This document shows, piece by piece, positions 40,701 through 53,000 of a stretch of 64,000 nt of DNA. The notes under the pieces are model-generated. The model ran no database searches. It saw nothing but the letters and a program-made list of their open reading frames with translations, and was not told where the DNA came from. Source of the DNA: Aplysia californica (lineage: Eukaryota); assembly GCF_000002075.1 (NCBI RefSeq), contig NW_004797332.1:1638388-1702387 (forward strand). The letters are read 5' to 3'. Made by a program: the position numbers and the translations under genes. Each line of letters opens with the position of its first letter. Within the stretch, counting starts at the first letter, position 1.

Positions 40701-40834
40701 TCTATCATAATCATGGCAAAGTCAAGGCTCACGAAAAAGCAGATTAAACACAAGCATGCAAAATAATTCTTACCGCTCGGACAGTCTCTTCGAAAGTGAT
40801 TACTGCTAAGATTTCGGTTTCGGCTCGGATGCAT
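22711..40834 (-). CDS. DTL: Denticleless / Cdt2, WD40 substrate receptor of CRL4 (about 802 aa, 15 exons)
   Basis: Phase-consistent exons: 40834-40774, 37836-37742, 36949-36913, 35611-35516, 35226-35044, 34512-34447, 33740-33637, 33208-33135, 30806-30706, 30327-30223, 29514-29402, 28712-28623, 27764-27647, 25876-24768, 22767-22711 (2409 nt). Hallmark peptides: HTNAVFDLEW, VFCSGSRDGHIMTWD, QQSVTCVLFQNENYLISAGAVDGCLKVWDIRK, GHKNSTFYVKSALSPD, GHTAEVTSVAWCP, an SP/TP-rich tail and the terminal PIP box MKKIQSYF. The first exon is the least certain. Confidence 0.93.
24035..24390 (-). mobile_element. tRNA-derived conserved-domain SINE (family B) with L2-like tail
   Basis: Minus strand: head tggcctagtggttagg...ggttcaagcc, then gttgtgtccttgggaa, gcgcctataaatggctgcttgcactgtatgcttcccaggaagttgag, and tail tgtaaagcgc...tattattatt. 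Related heads at 19540-19945, 26750-26900 and 32380-32580. CORE/Meta-type assignment is tentative. Confidence 0.6.
26131..26574. mobile_element. Non-autonomous DNA transposon (MITE) with ~38-bp TIRs, TGT...ACA ends
   Basis: atatgtgaggcagcgtggaggaatcaggctctcgtcaa ... ttgacgagagcctgattccaccacgctgcctcacatat, with one mismatch. Confidence 0.85.
28424..28580. mobile_element. Short Tigger/pogo-type MITE
   Basis: ta|cagttgaacctgt...acaggttcaactg|ta. Relatives near 20738-20890 and 34605-34700. Confidence 0.7.
36101..36341. mobile_element. piggyBac-type MITE
   Basis: ttaa|ccctat...ataggg|ttaa; same family as 10133 and 47665. Confidence 0.8.
40489..40614. mobile_element. Small MITE with aggacttccgtaacgagcgacca TIRs and internal cctaa(a/c)cct repeats
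   Basis: The ends are reverse complements. Relatives at 44749-45020 and a partial copy near 31323-31400. Confidence 0.75.
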
Positions 40835-41638
40835 TCTCTGCTGGCTTGCTGATGAGACAGAGACCCTCCTGCTGGTTGATTTTCAGTCCGCCTTTCGTGT
40901 TCGACGTCAATAAACTCTTAGCCTCTTTTATCTGCACACAGTCTTTGGAAGATTTATTAAAAATTACTCTTGCTCCTTCATGGAATGTGCAAGCCTCAGC
41001 GACAGTGCTCTGAAAAAATGACAGAAGGAAAGAGTAAAGAATACGCAAAATATTGTTCACCGGTTTCTACAAAGTGACAACTCCATTTCATTCATACAGC
41101 GACGCAAACACTTACAGTCTCTGTCTCCCGCGATCAAAGCAAAGACCGACCGGCACGATCTTCACACACGAGACTCGACAGTAGCTTAGCCCCCTCGATA
41201 CCCTAAGTTTGAAGTTCACGAAGGCTTCTCTCTTTCGCCGTTCTGTATGATATCATTCCTTATTTGCATTATCTATTAGTGAGGTTGTAACATGGGGTCC
41301 ATTTTTCCACTGGGTAAGAATCCAATAACTAACCTGAAAGAATCACCGGTACTTAAAAGAAATCTGAACTTATCGAATATCGAATTTAATATTGGAACAA
41401 TCAAAAAAGAAAACAGTACTCGATTAGTATTTACGCGCCAAGTGGAAAAATACTTTCGTGTTTTTTTAATGTATGTTAATTATGATATGGTCTTCTCATC
41501 ATCATCATCCAGTGCCAGATCTGTGACAGACATCGGCGACCATGATTCTCCATTCATTCCTTTGCTCAGACGCACTAAAAAAAAGTTAGAATTTACGTTT
41601 CCCTGTTACCCATTTGTTTAGGTTCGGTTTCCTAAGTA

Positions 41639-42484
41639 CAGTCGAACCTGTGTAAGACGGCCACCCATTGTCAAGGAGAAAAATGGCCGTATAAGACAGG
41701 TGGCCGTCTTAGGCAGGACTGATCAAAATGAAGAAAACAAACCATTCTTTTCTGAGGTCCCACCCGAAGGTAGCCGCATTGTTGTTGTTTTTGTTATGTT
41801 GTTGTTATGTTGTTGTTGTTGTTTTCGCTGGGTTTTTTTCTTCTCTTTTTTTCTTTTGTTGCTGCTTTTGTACAAGGGTGACAATAAAAAGAAATGTGTG
41901 AGACAAGGAGGACCGGGTGCTATGGTAAAACAAACACACGTATCGCTACCATTCGGAGAACAAGCGACGCTTCTGTCACAAGTTCAGGTTGACGTCCATT
42001 GTTACTTTGTTACAGACTGGGTAAACAGTGACCACTCATCTCACTTACGATTAATGTGTGTATGAATTCTGGGCGGGGCTTATGGGTTATGAGGGATCAC
42101 ACGCTTACCTCACCAGCAGCTGAAAATTAATTTTGTTACCTATTGGTTAACAGTGGGAGGGGCCTATGCAACATGATCGGTTGGAGGGACTATCTAACAA
42201 AAACAACAGGTGATTAGATTATGACGGCTCGCCCACAACGCAAGAGCCCAATGCTTGATTTATGACAAAACGTAATGGAGTCACTAAGGTGGCCGTCTTA
42301 GACAGGTGTATTTGCTTTGTGTGATAGGGGTTGCGTGTTAAAATATGGTGACCGCGGCCGCGTTGGACAGGTGCCCGTTTTACACAGTTAAATTATATAG
42401 AAACAACGCAAGGGGGGGAATGGAAAGTGGCCGTTTATACAGGTGACCGTCTTATAGAGGTGGCCGTCAGGGCAGGTTCGACTG
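41639..42484. mobile_element. Tigger/pogo-type MITE (CAGTCGAACC TIR, TA target) in the DTL-CCT4 intergenic region
   Basis: ta|cagtcgaacctg...caggttcgactg|ta with subterminal acaggtggccgtct repeats. An inverted homologue lies at 60351-61016. Confidence 0.85.
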
Positions 42485-44029
42485 TATGTTGTTCTGGACC
42501 TATCGCTTGCCCTCAATTTTGCCAGTGAAAGTTAGATATTCAAGACCCTTATGTCTATTTATTATGGTCTTCTACAATGGTATTTTTGTGATACTTATCG
42601 TGTTTAAATTGACTTGATCAATTAATTTGAATAAATAAGCATCATATCAGTATACTAGCCCAGGTTTCTGATTTCAATGTGAGCAGTAGATCTAAATCAA
42701 GGAGGTTACACCGTCGGATTACGTCATTGTGCGGCCACGTTTTTTCGCATAATTCTGCAACATTTGCATAATTTTGGATTCCCACGTTTTTTTTCACGTT
42801 TTTTCCCTTTTTTCGCAAAACAATTACTTAAAGCCTCGCCATACGACTAAAGGGAAGTAATCAACGTAATAAGTCTCATTTAAGTGATAAGTTGGCTATT
42901 TCCCTTGTTATAAGATCTTGGTGGTTATGGGTTAGGGATTTTTATTCCAGCATGCTCAGTTTTTCAGTGCATCAAAATTTGTTCTCATGTCTGCTGTGCT
43001 GATGTTTCATATTTATGTTTGACAGGTTTCCCTGGTTTTAGTGATGTGCCAGCATCAGAGGTTCAAATTGTTTTTGGGGTTTTTTGGGTGTTTTTTAGAA
43101 CATTTTTCATTCCTCTATAGATAGATCTCTAGATCTACAGCTGAAAGTTACAGAGATTATATTTTTTGGTTGTTGTTGTTTTCAGACTGATTTGTATTGT
43201 TTTCTTTCCAAATACACCACAAATTATTGATACTGTTATCTTCTGTTTTCAATTTTTCTTAATGAAAAAGTGCAAAACATGTCGCGAATCGAATGGTATT
43301 TCGGTAACTTGCATAATTTTTGCATAATTTTGCTTTTTTGGGTATAATTTGGCCATCTAAATTTGTTTAATTCTGCGGGGACAGGTTACAGCAAAAATAG
43401 TAGGCTACATAGGCCTTATGTCACAGTAAAAGCCTGGGCTAAGCTCCTTGAAATGAATAGTGAAGTCTTTGCCACATTGGCATGGGCTCGCTCATTCTTG
43501 TCCGCCGCACTGACTATGCCGTTAGCAGTTTTTGTTTGTATTGTACTGTTAATGCAGTATATTGTAATTTCAAGTATAAATTAAGGTTTAATTGTTTCTT
43601 CTTTCACCGCAAGCCACTTTTCAAAATATGTTTTTAAAATTTTCTTGGAGTTGTTACCGAACCAATGGGACAACTCAGTCACTTTGAAGCCTCCTTAAAA
43701 AAAAAATTGATTAACTTACTTACCAAGCCGCATAATCTTAGTTCATATCCTTAATCCACTCATATCAGTGTTCATGAAAGCACCATTATGTTTAATCAAA
43801 ATCATAGAATTTGATTTGACGAAGATATGGTATTGATAGCAGGAAGAAAACAAAACTTTGTTTGGTCACTTTCTCAGCTATGTATGCTATGTTACCTGGC
43901 ATCACCGGTTCTATGGACGCTGCCATATTGGCATAGTGTTGTTCTAGAATAGTCCTTGTTCATGTGCTAACCGGTTGGGGATTCAATCCGTTTCCATCTT
44001 ATTTTGAAACACACAATCTACTGTTCAAG

Positions 44030-47000
44030 ATGCCTCAGATAGTTGCAGCAGGAGGTAGCGGTGATTCCGCGAGTAAATCTGAGTACAAAGACAAGGATAA
44101 ACCAACTCAGATCCGATACAGCAACATCACCGCCGCGAAAGGTAAACATGGGTCCAGCCATTCGATTTAGCAGGAATTTTGACATTGTCATGTCCCGTTA
44201 TCACTGGAATACACAAACACTCTTATACTTTTTTGTGTCTAGAAAACTAGAGTATCTAGTTAAAGAATTCTTAGTCCCGCATAATGTAACTACTTGACTG
44301 TAGAAATGCAGATATGTGAACTCCGTCTGGATTCTAGTCTAGAGGTTAATTACAAGATGAATTGATGTAATGAATCATGTTATTGTTGCTATGGAAACGA
44401 TCACTCGCTGATATCACTTCAAAGTTTTAGATCTATCAATAATCACTAGATCTACTTGTCATCCAAGTCAACTCTTTTCTTTAGTCTCTGGACACCCATT
44501 AAGCTGAGGAGATTTTCTGTTGGGATTAATTTTTTCCCTTGGTCTGGCTTGTTACTGAGACATGAGAGTGAGTCTGATGATTGATTCAGGTGAGGGGGGT
44601 GGGGCACCAGCAGCCCCCACCCACCCTATGCTCTACATTCATCTGCTAGTTCATCTCTAAATTGTAAATGAATTCCAGTCTATTGATATTTCAAAGGCTG
44701 CTGGTCAACTCGGGTCCTTCAAGCTCCAAATTGTCATAGACTCAATGGGAGGACTTCCGTAACGAGCGACCACTACTATGACGGATGAGGGAAGGACTTC
44801 CGTAACGAGCGACCACCCCATCAAACACAATAAAGAAGAGGCCTAGACCTAACCCTAACCCTACCCTTACCCCTACCCCAAGCCCTCAATTCTGCTCATA
44901 GTGGTCGCTCGTTACGGAAGTCCTCCCACTATGAGACAGAGCAGAATTGAGGGGTTGGGTTAGGGTTAGGCCCCTTCTTTATTGTGTTTAATGGGGTGGT
45001 CGCTCGTTGCGGAAGTCCTTGTGACTCAATAGCCTACTTAACTAGATCTATATCAAAGTGACTATTCGGACTCGAGTCCGAATATGAAAAAATGTTATTC
45101 GGACTCTTCTTGTCCAGCATGACATCACTTCCGACTTCCTGTGACTTGTGACTCCGGCTTCCTGTCCTGCCTCACTCGTGACTCGCCTCAGGCTGGGTAG
45201 AGACCGGTATCACTTCGGGCAAAATGGCGTTTTGTGCAGGAGCCGAGTTTTTATCTTATGATGAATTTGAGGCCGGCCTGAAAAGTTATATCGCTTCTAA
45301 TAAATGTTTGCGTGTGTCGGGGTCAGATGGGCGGGCTGAACACGTGTGGCTGTGTGCGTGTCGGGGTGGGGGGCACTATCGGTCCGGGCGTTGGAACGTC
45401 GCATACGCGCCAGTCTTTTTTCCCACGGCAACTGATCTTTATTACAATAATAAGCTAGTCTTGACGTAGATCTACGTAATGAATTGTGCGCTGGTCTATG
45501 GAATCAAAAGTTGCCGTATGCTCAGCTCTACACAGTAACACAACTTTTTCTTGGTAAACAATCGAGATGACACAGGCTTGTGTATTTGAACGAATCGGTC
45601 TTTTTTTTTAAACGCAGCTCATAATATGCAGGTGCCAGGTGGTCTGCTAATCTTCAATTTTACCTTTTTCTACAACAAAGAAAGTGGGAAACGTGGGGGG
45701 GGGGGGGCGTATAAATGAGGCGGCAGGCATCGCAGAAAAGGTGTGGGGGAAACTAAAAAATGGCGGAAAATTGGAATCCCTGAATGTCAGATCTATAGAA
45801 TGAAAACACTTCCTTTTTTCAGACCCGAGTCCGAATAACTTTTTTTCATATTCGGACTCGAGTCCGAATAAAGATGGCCTAACTATATATATATATTGGT
45901 ATTATATAGATTTGGGTCTCTCGCACTCTCTGCCTTGGGCCTCGGGTTGGGCCAATATTTCCAAGAGAAAATCAAAATTTAAGCAGAGAATGGCCCTTTT
46001 TCGGCAGTTCCCACCCCCAATTATTTTTTGCCGGTTTGGGCCCCAAGAGTCAAGGGTAGGGGGGTTTCAGGGCGGGCTTGCCCCCCATACCTAATTTTAT
46101 ATGGAGTAGGGATGCAGGGGGGTATGCCCCCCTGAATTTTACCATAATTTGATGTTTTGCAGTTAGGTTGCTTCCCTGTTCTTTGTGTTGCCTATTTGGT
46201 CATCAAGACTTCCGGATTTCTTCTCTGGATCATCCAGAGACAATCTGGATGAAAACTATATGGGTGGTGGACTTTAACGAACGGAACTACAAGACACAAA
46301 ATCACCTCTGTTCTTAGTCTGAACTCCTGACAATTGAGGGGTGTAAGAGTCACACTGGTTGTAAAGTGGGTATTGTTCTTTCCACTTTGCTTGTACTTGT
46401 ATCCTTCGTTTTCTGAAAGGCTTGTCCTTTTTTTTCGGGTTTCTCTGGTTGAGACCCTTTGAATCGCCTTCTTTTGCTTAGCCTAAGGCATCATTCTTTC
46501 ATTCCCCAACAGTAAACAGGTTACAATGGAATGGTATCCACTGTAGCAGAACTGATTTCTGCAGTGTTAAAAGTGTCTGAATGCAACTGAATTCAAAGTA
46601 AGAGCCTCTGCTGAATTTTAGAAAATAACCAAATTCCTCCTCAGTGGGATGTTGGAGTGGATGCAGTCCTACCCGATGTAATGTTAAAAACAGCCAAGTT
46701 CTGTAAGGGTTAAGACCTTTTTCTCACAAGATCTGGACTTATAATGAAAGGTTTTATATTTTGATTGGGTAAAGAAAATTATGTCTTTAGGCATCTAAGT
46801 TTATATTTTTATTACCATTTCCTTCTGTTACTCATTTGCACACGTTGAATGTTGTAAGGCTTAAAAGTAATTCATAAACCATTTCATTTTATTTTAAAAT
46901 GATTCTTTTGCAAATGCCAGTGGTTCTTTTCGTAAAAAGAAATCCATTGTATCCACAGCTGTTGCTGATGCTATTCGCACCAGCCTTGGACCAAGAGGGA

Positions 47001-50000
47001 TGGATAAAATGGTAAGTAAACTAAAAGTCAAATTAAAATTTTTAGTTTTTCACCCGAAATTACAATTTTGAGTATTTCACAAGTCTACGTCTGCCATAGT
47101 CCATCACCTCATCCACCCTTCCTTGGAACTGAAATTTTTTACCTGTACTTCTGGGTGGTTCATAATATATATACGTTGTCTCGCCTGTTCTATACATATC
47201 TTTTTGGCTTGTGGGGTTTATTTTATGCATTTTGTCTTCTTTGTAAAAACTTTGTTTATCATTTCTCAAATGTCCTGAATGGGGTTTTATTATTATCCAA
47301 GAGCGGACACAATTTACAATTGACATTATTATCACTTTGGTTTCCCTTTCATGATTTGTCACAAAGTTGATAGTGGGACTTCGTCGCTAAATGTTACTTC
47401 AAATTTTTTATAATGTGCAAAAAATGAACTTATGCGCTCTTTGTCTAATTAATATTATACTTGTTTTTGTTTTGTGTAAAGATCCAAGCTTCCAATGGAG
47501 ATGTCACGATCACCAATGATGGAGCGACAATCTTGAAACAGATGCAGGTCTTGCATCCAGCTGCCAAGATGGTAATGAATAAATTTTAATGTTTTATAAT
47601 TGTTGGCAGATTCCATGGTTTGCATCTTTTCATGTTTCCGCGTAATAGTATTGTGAAGCTTTAACCCTATCATTTGTCATTTTGTACCCCAGGGTTGTAT
47701 TCTTCACATTTTAGAATACTTCTCGTGTGAAAATCTCTTGAAACTTTCAGTATATCTCAAAAAATCATTTTGACAGATGACTGCTATGTAAAGCGTACAG
47801 ATCGGATTAACGAGTAAATTTCCTCTTTGGAAAGTGGTGGCACAGAGTTCCCCACGTCATATGGATACGATAGTAAAGCACGACGTACGGATAGGGTTAA
47901 TTATGTACATTGACATGTGCCAAAATTTGTCCTTCTTGTAAGAACCCACTTTTTATGGGCAAAATAGAAGTAAAAAGAATTTGATGGTCAGGCGTACTGT
48001 TTTAAATTTTGAGATCAAAACTTTCCAACTGTTATAGTTTTTGACACACACACACTTGCGCGCTCATATGACCATATGCAGTTGTGAGCGCCGTAAAACC
48101 CTCTACTAAAACTAAAGTTTTTGACAGCCTCGTCGATTTAAGTTTCAGCTGGTTGGTACCACATTGTCCCTTTTTTGTCATTTCAAGGCTTTCGTTTGTC
48201 TTGGATAACTAAGTTTAGATATTTCTTTCATTTTCATAGCTTAATAAATTTTACGGCAAATTGTTGGACCTTTTGTTTTTCACTATGGTTCTTTTCTAAT
48301 TTTTCAAGAAATTGAATAAAACTACTTTAAAGTCTTTCTTTCCCACATTGTGCTGTCAATAACGTTAAGAAATGCTTTTTGTTTTACATCATTGAAATAT
48401 TTTTTTCTTCCCCCAGCTGGTTGAGCTGTCTAAGGCTCAGGATGTTGAAGCTGGAGACGGAACCACTTCAGTTGTTGTATTGGCTGGAAGTTTACTTGAT
48501 GCCAGCTCCAATCTTCTTGAGAGGGGTCAGTGGTTTTCTTTTTTGATGGGATTGTAGACAGTATGTATTGTGAGGAGAGGTCTTGGACTCGACGTCTTCC
48601 CACCACAAAATGTCCTGTACATGAGGCTTAAAAATCTTTTAGATTTTGTGTAGATAAATGCTTTGTACAAACGTTTGCCAAAGGATGCAGTGGGTTTTTC
48701 TTTAGGTCCTATCAGTGATGTAGCAACAGGTAAGGCAGTTCTGGAAATTAAGAGTTGAAACCCTTAAATATCCCTAATATGAACCATGTTTGGTTGCAAA
48801 GCTAAAGTGGCATCACGATTTGTATACTGTAAGTTGCACATAAACTCTTGTCCTGCGTCTGTGCTGAGATTCGAATCTTATCGGCAACCTATTACGTCTG
48901 ATGTTCCGGGCAGGCCGCCGGGGTCACTCAGCGTGTTCTGTTGGTGTCCAGCGAGTGCGCCTAGAAACGTGTGTTTTCGCCATGAATACCGTGGGAGTGT
49001 ATTAATTGGTGATGAAAATAAGGCTCTTTTATAGCTTTCTATTTATAAAGTGTTACGAACACATGAATAACCCCCTCTTATAAGCTGATAAGAGATTACG
49101 AGTAGTTACACCCATTCGAATAACCTTTTTAGACGCTCTTATTGTTATGAATTGTCTGGGGTTCGAAGGGGGATAATAAAGGTCAATTTCTCAATGTTTT
49201 GCTCTCCAATTGTTCTTTTCACCTGCACAATGGTATTCAATACCATCAAACAAGCTTATTTTTTATCAGGGAGTATAATTTCATACAAAATCAAGCTCAT
49301 TTGAAAGATTTTGTATAGAAAAATGGAAATCTTGTTTCCTGACTATCCTTTCGAGCTTCTCATGTCTAAGTGGGTCAATTTGTTATAATTTCATTGGAGG
49401 AACAGCCAGAGCTACCAACTTAGCGTGTTTTGAATGAGACATATGCCTCAGTTACGGAACCAACGCAGGCGGTTCTAGAAGTAGACCACAAATGCACACA
49501 CTTGAGCTGCGTGAATGTGGGCCCGATGTGTGACCCGAATGAAACGGAGATGGTGCTCGGTGCACCGCACCGGGACCGGAACAAAAGCGAGGGGCCGAAA
49601 TAGGCTTATCGGGTGACATAAACCCGGCCCCCGCAGGTCCAGGGTTAATAGAGGTATTGCTGCCTCTTCTCTCTCTTTCCCCCCCCCCCCCCCTCTAGTG
49701 ATGTGCAGGGCTGCGATAAATATGTGGGTCTTTTTTCCTTGTTAGTGTTCTGTGCAGTTAGATTTTCTAGTCTCCAGTGTGATGATATTCTCACAGACCT
49801 GTACTGATGCTATGTGAGGAGGGTAATGAACTGATGGAGACTGGCAGATCTTTTTTTTTTTAAACTTACGCGAGAGCCTTGTTTGTGGGTTTAATGTGAT
49901 GTTTGACTTTGTTAATTGGTTGTGTGGTACAACATGTAAATTGTTTGTTTTTTTCAAGCCAGTGTTTTATGTCTTTGCAAGATCCTGAAATATGCTGGCG

Positions 50001-53000
50001 TCTTTATTGTGCCAAGTTAAACATTGTTATGGTCTAGCTCTTTACCTTGTTCAATAGTGTTGTTGTTTAAAATCGAAATCGCTGTTTTTAAACCTAAATT
50101 TCTCTGTATTTTAAGATACTTCAACCATTTTTGCTATGAACTAATGTTAACACAACCAACTTCTGTCCTGCGCGTTTGCGGAACCTTATGCAATTGCGAG
50201 TGTCATTAAAATTTTACCAAACTGAGTCTTACCTTCTACCTTCTTGAACAAATACATTAGCTGGATTCTTGCATTGGAAAGAAATTTTGATGATTGTGTC
50301 TTTTTGCTGAAGAAGTATTGAAGATTGACCCTGACAGGCATGGTGCAAAAGCATTTTCAAAATGGTTTTGTTTCATTAGTCTTCTCGGATCACACTGTTT
50401 TATTATTTCACTTGATGTTACATCCACAGGCATTCACCCAACTGCTGTCTCCGAGTCATTCCAGCGAGCTGCTGTGAAAGCCACAGAAATCCTGGAGTCC
50501 ATGGTCACACCTTTAGATTTGAATGACAGAGAGTCATTATTGAAAAGTGCTTCCACATCTCTCAACTCAAAGGTAAAAGGAAACGTTTCTATTCCTTTTC
50601 TGTTGCGAGGCGGTGCGGTTTGTCAGGATTCCCCACTTTTGAATTCCAGTGTGTTGGCATCTTGTTTATGATTCTACTTTTTTCTTTTTGGCATAAAGAT
50701 TACTGAAATAGATAACATTGATCAGTGATCTCTATGTGATGAAATTCTTTCACAGACCTGTACTGAAATAATGTGAGGAATGTTTTGGTCTGATGGAGCC
50801 TGTTCATTCATGTTGGGAGAGGGGGGGGGGGGGTGTTTATGGGAATTTTTGTTTTACATCATAAGTTGAGTATTAGATGTCTTATTCTTTTCTTCTTTTT
50901 TTTAAAGCTCTGGATTCAAGCATTTACCACAATATCATGCTAGTTCAGCTTTCTTTAAAACAACTTTGTTGGCAAGCTGTACCAGAACTGTCACTCAGGT
51001 CGTAAATGGTAGTAAATGCGCCTTGAAGGTAGTAAACATTTGGTAAACGGTCGTAAATTAATCTGCTTAGGGAGTGATGAAGCCAAAACAGGCTTCATTG
51101 AACCCTAGCCGCGGTACATGACTCCGTTTTAGCCGGTCGCTATTGTGATATAATATTCGTTCTCCTTTTCCCCGTCCGAGAGTACGTTTCACGCAAAAAG
51201 CCAGCTATGGCGGCAGGCAAAAGTGTGCATGACACCGAGGCTCGATCGGGAAAATCAAGATCTAATCAAGATCTAATCAAGATCTACTTTCGCTTTCAGA
51301 AATAAGCCGGTGATAGACTGATAACTAACGCAACATTTGTGACATGCAGGTTGTGCAGTATAGATATATATATATATTATATATATATTGATCTGTCTAA
51401 ACGCTGTGCCGCCACGCAAATAAAATTTACTCGGATTCGTCTCTCTGCTGTAATTGTCACATGGGGAGGGGGGGGGGAGAGAAAAGAAAGTACAAGCGTC
51501 CTCTGATTTTTAGATTGTCGGGCTCGCCATCGTAACAGGTCAATGAACCTGTGCGCGCGTGAGCACCGGCGTTTGTTGTTGGGGTCGCCAAAATTCATTC
51601 AAAGCCTGAGCGTTGCGAAGTATAGGCCTAGGACTACCGAATGGGGTAGGGGATTATTGATTTTTTTAAAAGATGCACTCGGGGGAGGGGGTGGGGGTGC
51701 TAAAGGCAACACCAGAGGACAAAAACTTTGTATGGGTGATAGTAAATTATAACAATATTGTAGCTTTCTGTTCAAGGCTGGCAAATTTTCATTGTCTCTG
51801 CATCTCCCCCCCCCCCCTCAGTTCTTACAACTCTCGCACTTCATAGGTCTACTGGGGGCATTCAAGTTATTGAGTTTGAGCAATAATTTTTTCATTTCAT
51901 GTTCATAATATTATGAGTCATGACACCCACATTGGTTCTTCACAGTCGAAATTCTTGTTCAAGGCCCTTCCGAACGCTCAAAGCAGGATTCTTTTTTTAA
52001 TATAATATAATAATGAGAGGAAAATTTATAACTCACTGAAATACTTAGGCTAGTCAAACAGGACCCCAGTTCAACACTGACATATGTTGTTGACTGGGTA
52101 TATTTTGTGTGTGTGTGTGTTATGTAACACGCCCCTGGAAAATGGATGACTTTGTTGCGTGTTATTTTCGTTCCATATGATATATTATGTAGGCCTAATG
52201 ATAATATATGTTAATGATGGCGCAAATGAACTCCCTTTTTCGAACTGGTGTGGGACTTGATTTGCTGGGTAGTAATTTTTTTTTTCCAGGTAGTAAATTT
52301 TTTCAGCAAATATTGCTGGACACCCTGACCATGGCAGTGTAATATGTGGAACTAGCTTGGGGGGGGCTTTCTTCTTCCTTCCAACTCGCTTAAATGTTGC
52401 CCGCTTATTCCTTCCATTGTTTTGGAAATGCCACTGAAATGCCTTTCACTTTCAAGTCATTTCTGTGTTTTGTTTTTGTTTTATTATTATATGTACAAAG
52501 CAAGGACTACTATACTCAAGGACGTGCACCGTCGGATTCCTGACTTGGCTAGCGAAGGCCATCATATAAACATGTCCAACTTATCACTAGGCACAAGATA
52601 CATTTCATATTGAGTGTGAGAAAGCTAAAACCTGTTGTAATGTTGTTGAACGCAATATTGTAGCATAGTAATACATGTTATTTCTATATTTTTGTTATGT
52701 CAAGCAGAAATATTAGTCTGAAAAGCATTTTAAAAATGTTTACAAATACAGCAACAAGAATTAGGCTGACTCACCAAGTGAATCCGCCTTACGTGCCTTC
52801 TTGATGGATGTCTGTAGCAGGGCTGCATTCTTTTGGTGATCCTTCTCTAGATTGTGCACACCGCGGAGTAAGACATTTGCGAGATGATGGAGCAGTTTCT
52901 TGGACTGAACGATGTCGAAGTCGTTAAATTCCCCCATGGTTGATAGAATTCCAACAAGTCTCTGACGACAACAAACTCTATTTTTTTGCTTTCTTTACAA

